A DNA stretch of 64,000 nt from Microgenomates group bacterium (GCA_041659805.1 JBAZXP010000001.1:384589-448588); one strand, 5' to 3'; shown: positions 46,907 through 57,194, counted from the first letter of the stretch. A program made the numbers and translations. The notes: a model not told the origin generated them from the sequence alone.

Positions 46907-48361
46907 TTGATGGATTCTTTTGATTTAGTAATTTTTGGCATTACAGGAAATTTAGCACAAATAAAATTAATTCCCGTTTTATATGACATGGTAGAGAAAA
47001 ACCTTTTACCGGAAAGTACTCAAATTATCGGTACTGCCAGGTCCCCTATGACTCAAGCTGAATTTGAAGACTATTTTAATAATGTATTACATTCAGTAAA
47101 TAGACATCATAAGCATGAAATTAATGATGTCGTTGTAAAAAAACTCTTTAAAAGACTGCATTATCTACCGGGTAATTTAGATGATCCAAAATTTTATCAG
47201 GATATCAAAGATTATTTACAAAAAGTTCACAAAGGAAACGTAGATCAAAATTTGGTTTTCTACTTGGCGACTTATCCTCAGCTTTATAAAAACATTTTTG
47301 ATAGTTTGAAAAAACTAGGATTAAGTGATCAACAAAAAAAATGGGTGAGACTTATTATTGAAAAACCGATCGGTTTGGACCTTCCTTCTGCTAAGAAATT
47401 AAATAAACTCTTGAGTAAATATTTCCATGAAAATCAAATTTTCAGATTAGACCATTATTTAGGTAAAGAAACTCTGCAAAATATTTTAACTTTTAGATTT
47501 GGGAACGGTATTTTCGAACCTTTAATAAATAAAAATTATATTGACCATATTCAGGTGTCTGCCTTAGAGGATTTTGGAATTGGCAAAAGAGGTGGTTATT
47601 ATGATTCGGTGGGTGCCTTAAAAGATGTTGGGCAAAATCATTTATTACAAATGTTAACAATTCCATGTATGGATGCGCCGAAGGAATTTAAACATACTGA
47701 AGTGATAAAACAACGCCAAAAAATAATTAAAAATTTAATTTGTTATCCTAAAAGTCTGGTTTTAGCTCAGTATGAGGGATATTTAAAAGAAGAAAACGTT
47801 GATCCAAGATCGCAAACAGACACTTATTTTGCTTTTAAAACAGAAATAAATAACATCAGGTTTAAGGGTGTTCCTATTTATGTAAGAGGAGGAAAAAAGT
47901 TAAAACAAACAGCTACAGAAATTTCAATAGTATTTAAAAATCCGGTTAACAGATTATTTAAACATTTAAGTGGTGGAGAAGTTCCGAATGTTTTGGTTTA
48001 CCGTATCCAGCCGAATGAGGGAATTATGTTGCAAATCTTAACTAAAAAACCGGATCATGGGACAGAGCTAAACAGCTCAATTATGCAATATTGTTATCCT
48101 CAAAATTATCCACAACATCCATTCCCCGACGCTTATGAAAAATTAATTGTTGATGCAATTCATGGTGACCAAACGTTCTTTAATAATGCTGCAGAGGTAG
48201 AGGCTGAATGGAAATATATTGATCAAATGAATAAAAAACTTCCAAAGTTAAATTCTTATAAGCCTGGATCTTGGGGACCCAAAGAAGCTGATGAATTAAT
48301 AGAGAAAGATGGAAGAAAATGGTTAGAGCCTTCTGACCAACTTTGTGTGATCAACAAATAA
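46907..48361 (+). CDS. zwf: Glucose-6-phosphate 1-dehydrogenase
   Basis: FGITGNLA, EKPIG, RLDHYLGKE and DVGQNHLLQ. Confidence 0.96.
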   Translation: MMDSFDLVIFGITGNLAQIKLIPVLYDMVEKNLLPESTQIIGTARSPMTQAEFEDYFNNVLHSVNRHHKHEINDVVVKKLFKRLHYLPGNLDDPKFYQDIKDYLQKVHKGNVDQNLVFYLATYPQLYKNIFDSLKKLGLSDQQKKWVRLIIEKPIGLDLPSAKKLNKLLSKYFHENQIFRLDHYLGKETLQNILTFRFGNGIFEPLINKNYIDHIQVSALEDFGIGKRGGYYDSVGALKDVGQNHLLQMLTIPCMDAPKEFKHTEVIKQRQKIIKNLICYPKSLVLAQYEGYLKEENVDPRSQTDTYFAFKTEINNIRFKGVPIYVRGGKKLKQTATEISIVFKNPVNRLFKHLSGGEVPNVLVYRIQPNEGIMLQILTKKPDHGTELNSSIMQYCYPQNYPQHPFPDAYEKLIVDAIHGDQTFFNNAAEVEAEWKYIDQMNKKLPKLNSYKPGSWGPKEADELIEKDGRKWLEPSDQLCVINK

Positions 48362-48363
48362 AA

Positions 48364-49293
48364 CTATTTTTTAACGTCGTGTTGACCGAATTGTCCCCTC
48401 ATAGCAGAGATAACTTTATTTCTGAAACCTTCAGGTGATTTTTCCGCGTCTTTGTGTGAATTTTCCCTGACTTTGATAGCTGATTTCATTGCAGGAACAT
48501 CGATTCCCATTTTGCGTGCTACATCAACTGTCCAGTCCGCTTCACCGGGGACTCTTTTGCCACTACCTCCCGAACCAATACTGGAGGAAATATTAGATAA
48601 ATTTGGATCTTCTTTAAAAGCGTCCCAAGCCCAATTAACCAGACGGGATTCAACAACAGAGCGGTGCATATAAATATCCAGAACTTTATTAAAGTCATAT
48701 TTAAAAGGGGAAAATTTTAATATGGAAAGTCCCTCACCAATTGATTCCATCATGCCGTATTCAATGGCATTATGAACCATTTTAGCAAAATGTCCTGATC
48801 CAATTGGTCCTAAGTATTGGTAAGCTGAAGGGGCTGCTGCAGCTTTGGCAAGTTTTTTAATTTTTTCAAAGTCTTCTTTCTCTCCCCCAATCATTAAACA
48901 AGCGCCTGCTCTTGCTCCACCCGGTCCACCAGATGTGCCAATATCCATAAAATGGATACCCTTTTTGGCTAAAACTTTATTTCTTTTTAAAGTATCCTTA
49001 TAAAAAGAATTTCCTCCATCAATTACTAAATCACCGGGGGAAAGTTTTTCTGCCAGAGTATTTACTATTTCATCAACCACCTCACCTGCTGTTACCATGA
49101 CCCAAATTATTCTGGGTGTTTTTAATTTTGAAATTAAATCATCAATACTTTTTGTGGGCACTGCACCTTTCTTTGCAACTTCTGCAACTGGTTCAGGGGA
49201 TCTGTTCCAGGCAACAATGTCTATACCTTGTTCCAAAAGGCGAAAAACCATATTTTTTCCCATCCGTCCAAGTCCGATATAACCAATCTTCAT
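48364..49293 (-). CDS. gnd: 6-phosphogluconate dehydrogenase, short decarboxylating type
   Basis: IGLGRMG, IDGGNS, GTSGG and KMVHNAIEYG; start set at MKIGYIG. Confidence 0.95.
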   Translation of the reverse strand: MKIGYIGLGRMGKNMVFRLLEQGIDIVAWNRSPEPVAEVAKKGAVPTKSIDDLISKLKTPRIIWVMVTAGEVVDEIVNTLAEKLSPGDLVIDGGNSFYKDTLKRNKVLAKKGIHFMDIGTSGGPGGARAGACLMIGGEKEDFEKIKKLAKAAAAPSAYQYLGPIGSGHFAKMVHNAIEYGMMESIGEGLSILKFSPFKYDFNKVLDIYMHRSVVESRLVNWAWDAFKEDPNLSNISSSIGSGGSGKRVPGEADWTVDVARKMGIDVPAMKSAIKVRENSHKDAEKSPEGFRNKVISAMRGQFGQHDVKK

Positions 49294-49379
49294 AATGGTT
49301 TTTAGTATAGCTTTTTTATTATTAAAATCAACTAGTTGGAAAATTGACAAAGAAAGATGAGTGCTCTATCATCTTTGGC

Positions 49380-49916
49380 ATGAAAGAGTTCTGTAAGCCA
49401 GAAGATATTTATACCGCATGTCGGAAGTCATTTGGAGATCATGTTAAATTAGCAGAGATTTTAATAGACACGTTCATTTCGAGTAGTGACGAAACAACTT
49501 TTTTAGCAAATAGAGAAGTGCAGAAGGTTGGGAATCACAAGCGCTATTCACATGAAAGAGTATGTGCGACTTTAAAGGAAAGCTTAAATATGGGCTGCTC
49601 AGTAGTATTAAAACATGAAGATAAACATATTGAATTAAGAGTGCAAAGTGGTCTTGCAGGATGGGAAGATCAAGCCCGTCCTTATGCTTTACTTCAAGCA
49701 GGACAATTACCAAATGGATACGGCAAACAAGTGATTACGTTAAAAGGATCAATTGAACCCAGAGATTTATTAAGTCCGGTGGGATATTGGATAGTAAATA
49801 TGATGAGGGAAGTGACAGAAGCAGCACATCAGCATGGAATAATTTCTTTGGAAGCTCCTAAATATGACGCAGACTATTGGAGAAAAGAATTAGGAGGTAA
49901 TAATCTTAAGTCTTAA
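49380..49916 (+). CDS. Hypothetical protein
   Basis: ORF divergent from gnd; no motif recognised; start uncertain. Confidence 0.55.
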   Translation: MKEFCKPEDIYTACRKSFGDHVKLAEILIDTFISSSDETTFLANREVQKVGNHKRYSHERVCATLKESLNMGCSVVLKHEDKHIELRVQSGLAGWEDQARPYALLQAGQLPNGYGKQVITLKGSIEPRDLLSPVGYWIVNMMREVTEAAHQHGIISLEAPKYDADYWRKELGGNNLKS

Positions 49917-49937
49917 TAATTGTGCTATTATGAGTTT

Positions 49938-50801
49938 ATGACTGCAAGGGAATGGTTAGAAAAAGCAAAAAGAGAAAAATTTGCCATCGGTGCTTTTAAT
50001 GTTGGAAATTTAGAAACTTTTAAAGCAATCGCTCAAGCTGCAGCTGTTAAAAAATCTCCTGTAATTATTGAATCATCACCAGGTGAAACGGAATGGATGG
50101 AAGCTGATAATATTGTAGACTTGGCAAGGAATTATTCAAAAGAATTAGGCATTCCAATTTTAGTAAATTTAGATCACGCAGAAAATTTGGAACAGTGTCA
50201 GATTGGGATAGAAGCTGGCTATGATTTAATTCATTTCGATGGTTCAAAATTACCATATGAGCAAAATTTAGAAATTGCAAAACAGGTTGTAGAATTGGCT
50301 CATCAAAAAAATCTTGTTGTTGAGGGTGAATATGATCATATTCAGGGTTCTTCAGAGGTACATTCTGGCTCTGCCAAATCTGAAATAGAAAAAATCCCAA
50401 TGACTGATCCGGATAAAGCCTTAGATTTTGTTGAGTCGACAGGAGTAGATATTTTGGCAGCATTCTTTGGTAATGTTCATGGAGTTTTTAAGGAAGGTGG
50501 AGAAGATTTGGATCTAGAACGTTTGGATGAAATATCTCAAAAAATGCCTGATAAGTTTTTATCACTTCATGGTGGATCTGGAATAGCAGATGACCAGGTA
50601 AAAGAAGCAATAAAAAGAGGGATTGTAAAAGTAAATATAAATACAGAAATGCGTCAGGCATTCCGTGAGAATATGGAAAAAGTTTTAGATAAAAATCCCG
50701 ATGAAATAGCTATGTATAAAATAGAACAACCTGTTATTGATGAGATTCAAAAGATAGTTGAACAGAAAATAGAAATCTTCGGCTCTTTTAACAAAGTTTA
50801 G
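49938..50801 (+). CDS. fba: Class II fructose/tagatose-bisphosphate aldolase
   Basis: GAFN, NLDH, DGS, GNVHG, LHGGSG and KVNINT. Confidence 0.93.
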   Translation: MTAREWLEKAKREKFAIGAFNVGNLETFKAIAQAAAVKKSPVIIESSPGETEWMEADNIVDLARNYSKELGIPILVNLDHAENLEQCQIGIEAGYDLIHFDGSKLPYEQNLEIAKQVVELAHQKNLVVEGEYDHIQGSSEVHSGSAKSEIEKIPMTDPDKALDFVESTGVDILAAFFGNVHGVFKEGGEDLDLERLDEISQKMPDKFLSLHGGSGIADDQVKEAIKRGIVKVNINTEMRQAFRENMEKVLDKNPDEIAMYKIEQPVIDEIQKIVEQKIEIFGSFNKV

Positions 50802-50803
50802 CT

Positions 50804-50820
50804 CTTCGACTTTGCTCAGG
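50804..50820. repeat. REP-like short element
   Basis: CTTCGACTTTGCTCAGG resembles the reverse complement of CCTGAGCTTGTCGAA at 51668-51682. Confidence 0.5.
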
Positions 50821-50865
50821 ATCTTTGACTTCAACATCACAAGGAAAACACACCCGTAGAGATAG

Positions 50866-51573
50866 TTAATGGACGACAACTTTGGTTCCCGGATTATCAG
50901 GAGTAGCTCTGACCGCATTAACATTTGAAGGAACAACAGGTCCTGCCCATTCAAAAATCTGGGCAGCTGAAGCAAGTGGCTCGTTAACGCAACCATGACT
51001 CATTGGATGTCCAAAATTATTGTGCCAGTAAGCTCCGTGGAGAGCATATCCCTGATAGAAAAACATATTGTTCGGAACATTGGGTAAATTATAGTAAGTA
51101 CCAAGTTCTTGTGACCCTCCACGCATCCTTTGGTATCTGGTTTTATACCAAATAGAAAATGTTCCTCTGGGAGTAGAATTCCATAGGCCGGATGAGATTA
51201 AATATTCATAAACCAACCTGTTTCCCTCATAGGCTCGGAGTTTTTGTTCTGCTAAAGACACATCAATCCATTTTTCTTCACCACTCGCGTTTGTTGTGCC
51301 CAAAACTTTTGTTTGTTGATCATCAACTGAATTTGTCATTGCCAATGAAGTTTTGGGGTAATCTACGATTTGACTGTTGAAAACCGCGATATTAGCCTCT
51401 TCTTCAAAGTCACCAGTGGATGATAATATATCAGCAACTTTACAGCAGGAAGTTTTAGCGTCATCTGTTAGGTTAAATTTATAAACAAGAAAACTTCTTG
51501 CCGGCGTATAAAAATAAACCACAGCTATGGCAATAATTGCAGTTAGTAGAAGAATGGACAGAATTCTATGCAC
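50866..51573 (-). CDS. L,D-transpeptidase (YkuD domain)
   Basis: ISSG..TPRG and ALHGAYWH...SHGCVN. Confidence 0.93.
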   Translation of the reverse strand: MHRILSILLLTAIIAIAVVYFYTPARSFLVYKFNLTDDAKTSCCKVADILSSTGDFEEEANIAVFNSQIVDYPKTSLAMTNSVDDQQTKVLGTTNASGEEKWIDVSLAEQKLRAYEGNRLVYEYLISSGLWNSTPRGTFSIWYKTRYQRMRGGSQELGTYYNLPNVPNNMFFYQGYALHGAYWHNNFGHPMSHGCVNEPLASAAQIFEWAGPVVPSNVNAVRATPDNPGTKVVVH

Positions 51574-51604
51574 TAATCTTATTTTCTACAGGCTGTACCT
51601 GAAT

Positions 51605-51691
51605 GTCAATACTTCGGTTACACTCAGTATTGACCTCCTCGAGTCTGAGCGACCTCGGAGTCGATGACCTGAGCTTGTCGAATGGGTCAAT
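51605..51691. repeat. Cluster of REP-like palindromic elements
   Basis: Hairpin GTCAATAC...GTATTGAC, CTGAGC...GTCGA units and ATTGACC/GGTCAAT. Confidence 0.5.
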
Positions 51692-51769
51692 GGGCATTAA
51701 GCATATTCTGAACAAAAAATGATTAAATTGTACATTCGATCATTTTTGGTATAAACTTGTTTTTGGAAA

Positions 51770-52897
51770 TTGATGAATTATCAAAAACTATACAAACACA
51801 GACATTGGTTTATTAACCTCTTTTTATTAGGTGCATTAATAGCATTTCTTTGTCTTTTTATATTTTTTATTATTCCGAGAATTCTTCCTGAGGCAGAATA
51901 CTCAAATACCAGTAGAAACGGCATTATATTCCGCAATGAAACATGGTCCGGTGTTATTACGGTCACAGGAGATATTTGGGCATTTCCAGGGGCAAAAGTT
52001 ACTATAATTCCAGGAACAAAAGTACTTATTTCCAGAAAAGATAGTTTTAATCTGGATTTTGCTCTTTGGGATTTGAGATCAGGCTTGAATATTAATGACG
52101 AAAGTTTTGGGGTAAAAAACGGGGAATTATTTCAGGATGAAGGACACAAAATCCGGCTCTATTTTGGAAAATTATATGCGTTTGGTTCAAAGGAACAACC
52201 GATAATTATTACTTCTATGGGTGACTATGATTTTAGCCCCTATGATTTTAATGGTATTTATATTCATGAAGGGATTCTAAGTTTTGTCAAAATATCAAAT
52301 TACAGAAAAATATCAGTTGGTGATAATGTGATTATCAGGGATAGTGAGCTGACTAATTCAGGTGAGTGTGCAATTTGTATTGAATACTCTAGTCCTACAA
52401 TCGTGAATAATGTTTTCAGCAAAAATCTTAGGAATTATATCTATATTTTAGGAGGTAGCCCCAAAATAAATGATAATTTATTTCAATCATCACAATCACA
52501 AAAAGGTGAAGGGGTTGTATTTGATCCGAAAAAGATTGCAATGCCAATTATTTATCACAACAGTTTTGAAATGCCTAATCAGGTGGCCTTGCATATTTTA
52601 TCAGGTGATGAAGAAGAGGGTGGGGTGGTTGCATTTAATGATTTTGCCGGAGAGAATAAGATTTTACTGCCATGTAATAGTAAAATGAAGTTTATCCAGA
52701 ATTTAATTAGGGGGAGAATTGAGTTTGCAAAAGCCAGTAATTGTGATGGGAGTATGATTATGGGGCCAAATTATTGGTTATCCAGAGATAGGAATGCAAT
52801 TATTAAAGAAAAGTTTATTAATAAAGCCCTAAATTTTCAAATTATTTTACCTTCCGTGTTAACTTCCACTCCCAGTACTATAGGTAGAAGAAAATAA
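51770..52897 (+). CDS. Membrane-anchored right-handed beta-helix (pectin lyase-like) protein
   Basis: ETWSG.I.VTGD, G.KEQPIIITS, repeated SSP.I.NN.F and NYW. Confidence 0.75.
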   Translation: MMNYQKLYKHRHWFINLFLLGALIAFLCLFIFFIIPRILPEAEYSNTSRNGIIFRNETWSGVITVTGDIWAFPGAKVTIIPGTKVLISRKDSFNLDFALWDLRSGLNINDESFGVKNGELFQDEGHKIRLYFGKLYAFGSKEQPIIITSMGDYDFSPYDFNGIYIHEGILSFVKISNYRKISVGDNVIIRDSELTNSGECAICIEYSSPTIVNNVFSKNLRNYIYILGGSPKINDNLFQSSQSQKGEGVVFDPKKIAMPIIYHNSFEMPNQVALHILSGDEEEGGVVAFNDFAGENKILLPCNSKMKFIQNLIRGRIEFAKASNCDGSMIMGPNYWLSRDRNAIIKEKFINKALNFQIILPSVLTSTPSTIGRRK

Positions 52898-52948
52898 AAC
52901 TCTTGCATAGGGTGGCGCAAGGTGCTATATAAGATTTAATAATTTCTC

Positions 52949-53656
52949 ATGAAACAAATACATGTTGTGATTGTGTTTATAGTGTTGGTGCTGATTGGTT
53001 TAATTTCTGCCGGAGCAAATGCGTTAAAAGTTAACTTTTCAGGGGATAGTATAACTCCAACTCCCACTGAAGGTGTTTTATTTAATCAGAACGACAATAA
53101 ACTGGATAAAAATGTTTTAAGTTCAGAGAGTACTATAACCCCAACTACCCAGGCACAAATTACGAAGCAACCCTTAAAACAATATCGTCAATTTCCGGGA
53201 AGTTTATCTGAAAGTGAACTGATTAATAAAAAAGCTGTTATTCAAACTGATAAAGGATCAATTTCTTTAGAGATTAATCCTGAGGCAACAAAAGCAGCAT
53301 CTAATTTTATTTTCCTGGCAAAAGATGGTTTTTATGACGGATTAACATTTCATAGAGTAGAACCTGGGTTTGTGGTTCAGGGAGGAGATCCAGTAGGTAA
53401 TGGAACAGGTGGACCGGGGTATACTTTTACAGAAGATAAGGTGGTTGGAAAATATGACAGAGGAATTGTAGCCATGGCAAAAAAAGCTAATGAACTCGCA
53501 GGTACCGGTGGAAGCCAGTTCTTTATCATGTTGGAAGATAAACCGCTACCTCTGGAGTATGTAATCTTCGGAAAAGTTGTTTCTGGAATGGATATTGTAG
53601 ATCAAATTAAGGTGGGAGATGTGATGAGAAAAGTGACCATTGTCTCTTTACAGTAA
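52949..53656 (+). CDS. Exported cyclophilin-type peptidyl-prolyl isomerase
   Basis: FYDGLTFHRV..FVVQGGDP, AMA and GSQFFI. Confidence 0.95.
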   Translation: MKQIHVVIVFIVLVLIGLISAGANALKVNFSGDSITPTPTEGVLFNQNDNKLDKNVLSSESTITPTTQAQITKQPLKQYRQFPGSLSESELINKKAVIQTDKGSISLEINPEATKAASNFIFLAKDGFYDGLTFHRVEPGFVVQGGDPVGNGTGGPGYTFTEDKVVGKYDRGIVAMAKKANELAGTGGSQFFIMLEDKPLPLEYVIFGKVVSGMDIVDQIKVGDVMRKVTIVSLQ

Positions 53657-53667
53657 AGCCGGAGATT

Positions 53668-53760
53668 GCTCTATATATTGTATATTGACAGCTCCTATAC
53701 CCGATATGTTAAGTTAGATAAGCAGTCGTTAAATATTAGGTTATACAACATATTGTATAA
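53668..53760 (+). promoter_or_regulatory. Two NrdR-box-like sites flanking a TTGACA promoter
   Basis: GCTCTATATATTGTAT (53668-53683) and TTATACAACATATTGTATAA (53741-53760) resemble the NrdR consensus acaCwAtATaTwGtg. Confidence 0.75.
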
Positions 53761-53766
53761 AGAGAG

Positions 53767-54210
53767 ATGAGATGTCCTTTCTGTAGTGATCTTAGTAATC
53801 GGGTGTTAGATAAAAGAACAGTTTCCGGTACTGGGGAAATAAGAAGGCGTAGGGAATGTTTACACTGCCAAGGTCGGTTTACCACATACGAGAGGTTATC
53901 AAATTTGCAGTTTTTGGTTATTAAAAAAGACGGTCGGAAAGAACCATATAACAGGGATAAATTAAGAGGTGGAGTAACTAAGGCTTTAGAAAAACGTCCG
54001 GCATCAGAAATTTTAGATGATTTTATATCTAAAGTTGAACGAAAGATATGGAAAAAAGGAGTTTCAGAGATAAACTCTCAACAGATTGGGAAAGTGGTGC
54101 TATCAGAGTTAAGAAAAATTGATAGTGTGGCATATTTGCGATTTGCCAGTGTTTATCGTCACTTTCAGGATCCGAAAGACTTTGCAAAAGAATTAGAAAG
54201 TATGAATTAA
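53767..54210 (+). CDS. nrdR: Transcriptional repressor NrdR
   Basis: MRCPFC, IRRRREC..C..RFTTYE, ATP cone and VAYLRFASVY. Confidence 0.97.
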   Translation: MRCPFCSDLSNRVLDKRTVSGTGEIRRRRECLHCQGRFTTYERLSNLQFLVIKKDGRKEPYNRDKLRGGVTKALEKRPASEILDDFISKVERKIWKKGVSEINSQQIGKVVLSELRKIDSVAYLRFASVYRHFQDPKDFAKELESMN

Positions 54211-54213
54211 AGA

Positions 54214-56661
54214 ATGAAAAAACATCAAAACACAACATCAGAAATTTTTGCTCAACAAATAAATGTTATTCCCAAAAGTGAAAGACACACATCTATTAAA
54301 TTAGATTTGGCTGATATCCCTGAAAAACCAACTGTGATTGAAGGTTTACAAAATAAAATTTTTTTAGACAGATATGCCTGGAAAGATGAACACGGTAATC
54401 CAATGGAAACTGTACCAGATCAAATGTGGAGACGTGTTTCAAAAGCAATTGCTCATGTTGAAAAAACTCCAAAACTACAAAAAGAATGGGAAGATAAATT
54501 CTTCTATGCTTTATCAGATTTTAAATTTTTACCTGGAGGTAGAATTTTATCAGCAGCTGGAACAGGTTATGAAGTAACTTATTTTAATTGTTTTGTGATT
54601 CCTTCTCCTCCTGATTCCAGGGGTGGAATTATTGATAATTTAAAAGTAATGACAGAAATGCTTTCCCGGGCAGGTGGAGTGGGAATAAATTTGTCCACAC
54701 TTCGTCCAAGTGGAGCAAGGGTACATAAAGTAAATGGTACTTCATCAGGCCCGGTAAATTGGGCAAATCTTTATTCTGTTGCCTGTCATGATGTTATTCA
54801 GCAGGGTGGTTCAAGAAGAGGAGCCTTAATGTTAATGCTGCATGATTGGCATCCTGATATTGAAGAATTTATTGAAGCAAAACAGGATTTAACAAAGCTA
54901 GCAGGAGCAAATTTATCAGTTTGTTTATCTGATGTTTTTATGGAAGCTGTGGAAAATGATGCAGATTGGATCTTGCGTTTTCCAGACCACAAGCATCCCC
55001 AATATGATTTAGAATGGGATGGAGACTTAGTTGGCTGGATTGAGAAAGGTTATCCAGTTGTTGATTATAAAACTGTTAAAGCTAAAGATATTTGGAATAA
55101 AATCTGTCAGTTGGCTTGGGCTTCAGCAGAACCTGGATTACATTTTTTAGAAAGAAGCAATAAACAATCAAACACCTGGTATTTTGAAAAATTGGTTTGT
55201 ACAAATCCTTGTGGGGAACAACCATTGGGTCCTTGGGCAGTTTGTAATTTAGGATCATTAAATTTATCTTCTTTTGTTAAAAATGGGGAAATGGATTACA
55301 AAAACTTAGCAGAACACGTGGCTATAGCAGTTAGATTTTTAGACAATGTGATTGATGATAATTATTATTTTTATCCTGAAAATGAAAATATTCAAAAAAG
55401 TGTTCGCCGTATAGGGCTTGGTACGATGGGACTTGGAGACTCTTTGATTAAAATGAAAGTTAGATATGGTTCGCCTGAGTCTTTGGAGATTATTGAAAAA
55501 ATCTATAAAACAGTCAGAGATAGCGCATATCAGGCGTCCTCTGATATAGCCGCAGAAAAAGGTGCCTTTCCTAAATTTAATAAAGAAAAATATTTGCAAG
55601 GGTTTTTTATTAAACAACTTCCGGAAAATATTCGTGAAAGTATTGCCAAAAAAGGAATCAGGAATGCAGTTTTACTTACTCAAGCTCCAACCGGTACTAC
55701 CAGTTTATTGGCTGGTGTGAGTTCCGGGATTGAACCTGTCTTTGATTTTGCCATGAAGAGAAGGGACAGGACCGGAGAAAGTATTATTTACCATCCTTTA
55801 TTTAAAGCCTGGAAAGATGAAAGTGATGAAAATGAAATTCCGCCTGAATATTTTGCAGGAGCTAATGATTTAACACCTGATGATCATATTTTGGTTCAGG
55901 CAACAGTTCAAAGATACACAGATGCTTCGATATCCAAAACAGTGAACGCTCATAAAGATCACACAGTAGAAGATGTCCAAAAACTTTATATGGATGCTTA
56001 TAAATTAGGCTGTAAGGGTATTACATATATGAGGGATGGTTCCAGAGAAGGAGTGTTAACTCATATTGAAGATAATCAAAAAGAAGAAGCTGTTTCTCAA
56101 TCTGTTGCTCACCGCCCGATGATCTTACCGGGTAATACTTATGAAATTTTAACTCCGGTTGGTAAAGCTTTCATTACTATCAATCATGATGAAAACGGTA
56201 TTCCGATGGAGATTTTTATTACAGTTGGTAAAACCGGTATGCATATTGGAGCAGACGCAGAAGCTCTGGGGAGACTTATTTCAATTGCCTTGAGAGTTGA
56301 GGCCAATAAAAGACAGGAGATTGCGGAAAAGATAGTAAATCAACTACGGGGAATCGGTGGGTCTTCCCACATCGGGTTTGGTAAAGAAAGAGTTATGAGT
56401 TTGGCTGATGCCGTTGCAAAAGTTATGGCAGAAGATTTATCCCGCCAAGCTTTGAATAAAACTGTTGCAACAATGCCTTTAGACCTGGGTACAAATGAAC
56501 AATCTAAAACTAATGGAGTAGATCATTCACAAATGTCTGCGCTTCCTTTTGAAGATCACGCACCAAAAAGCGGAGATCTTTGTCCTGAATGCGGACAAGC
56601 CACATTTGTTTTTGAAGAAGGTTGCAAGAAATGTCACAACTGCGGACATAGTATGTGCTGA
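54214..56661 (+). CDS. nrdJ: Class II (AdoCbl-dependent) ribonucleotide reductase with a C-terminal TSCPD/Zn-ribbon
   Basis: NCFV, GGSRRGA, TNPCGEQ, CNLGS, APTGT and SKTVN; CPEC/CHNC tail; no beta subunit nearby; cobO adjacent. Confidence 0.93.
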   Translation: MKKHQNTTSEIFAQQINVIPKSERHTSIKLDLADIPEKPTVIEGLQNKIFLDRYAWKDEHGNPMETVPDQMWRRVSKAIAHVEKTPKLQKEWEDKFFYALSDFKFLPGGRILSAAGTGYEVTYFNCFVIPSPPDSRGGIIDNLKVMTEMLSRAGGVGINLSTLRPSGARVHKVNGTSSGPVNWANLYSVACHDVIQQGGSRRGALMLMLHDWHPDIEEFIEAKQDLTKLAGANLSVCLSDVFMEAVENDADWILRFPDHKHPQYDLEWDGDLVGWIEKGYPVVDYKTVKAKDIWNKICQLAWASAEPGLHFLERSNKQSNTWYFEKLVCTNPCGEQPLGPWAVCNLGSLNLSSFVKNGEMDYKNLAEHVAIAVRFLDNVIDDNYYFYPENENIQKSVRRIGLGTMGLGDSLIKMKVRYGSPESLEIIEKIYKTVRDSAYQASSDIAAEKGAFPKFNKEKYLQGFFIKQLPENIRESIAKKGIRNAVLLTQAPTGTTSLLAGVSSGIEPVFDFAMKRRDRTGESIIYHPLFKAWKDESDENEIPPEYFAGANDLTPDDHILVQATVQRYTDASISKTVNAHKDHTVEDVQKLYMDAYKLGCKGITYMRDGSREGVLTHIEDNQKEEAVSQSVAHRPMILPGNTYEILTPVGKAFITINHDENGIPMEIFITVGKTGMHIGADAEALGRLISIALRVEANKRQEIAEKIVNQLRGIGGSSHIGFGKERVMSLADAVAKVMAEDLSRQALNKTVATMPLDLGTNEQSKTNGVDHSQMSALPFEDHAPKSGDLCPECGQATFVFEEGCKKCHNCGHSMC

Positions 56662-57194
56662 TGAAACCTCAAGATGGTTTGGTGATTATTTATACAGGTG
56701 AGGGAAAAGGAAAGACTACTGCAGCGATGGGTTTGGTTTTAAGATCCCTGGGTCATGGTAAAAAAGTTTTAATTATCCAATTTGGAAAAGCTACTTTTAG
56801 TGGTGAGATAAAAGCTTTAGAAAGATTTGGTGATTCTGTTAAATTAATTCAGGGGGGGGTTGGGTTTGTTGGAATCTTAGGGGATAAAAAACCTTTATCA
56901 GTTCACAAAGCAGCAGCAGAGGATATATATACTATATTAAATAATGAAGTAAAGTCTAACAAATGGGATTTAATTGTTGCAGATGAGATTATCGGGGCTG
57001 TTTCTGGTAAACTGTTAGATATCAAGGTGATTTTAGATTTAATTGAGACTAAACCAGAGACTCTGGATTTGATTTTAACCGGCCGGGGAGCATTCCCTGA
57101 AATGATAGAAAAAGCTGATTTGGTTTCTGAAATAAAATCTATTAAACATCCATATGATAAAGGAGCTAAGATCAAAAAGGGTATAGATTATTAA
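56661..57194 (+). CDS. cobO: Cob(I)alamin adenosyltransferase (CobO/BtuR type)
   Basis: YTGEGKGKTTAAMG, IQF, DEI, LTGR, ADLVSE..KHPY and GIDY. Confidence 0.93.
   Translation: MKPQDGLVIIYTGEGKGKTTAAMGLVLRSLGHGKKVLIIQFGKATFSGEIKALERFGDSVKLIQGGVGFVGILGDKKPLSVHKAAAEDIYTILNNEVKSNKWDLIVADEIIGAVSGKLLDIKVILDLIETKPETLDLILTGRGAFPEMIEKADLVSEIKSIKHPYDKGAKIKKGIDY

Noticed and set aside
54214-56661. Intein or intron in nrdJ
   Set aside because: The length and motif spacing fit an uninterrupted enzyme, and I saw no splicing or homing-endonuclease motifs.
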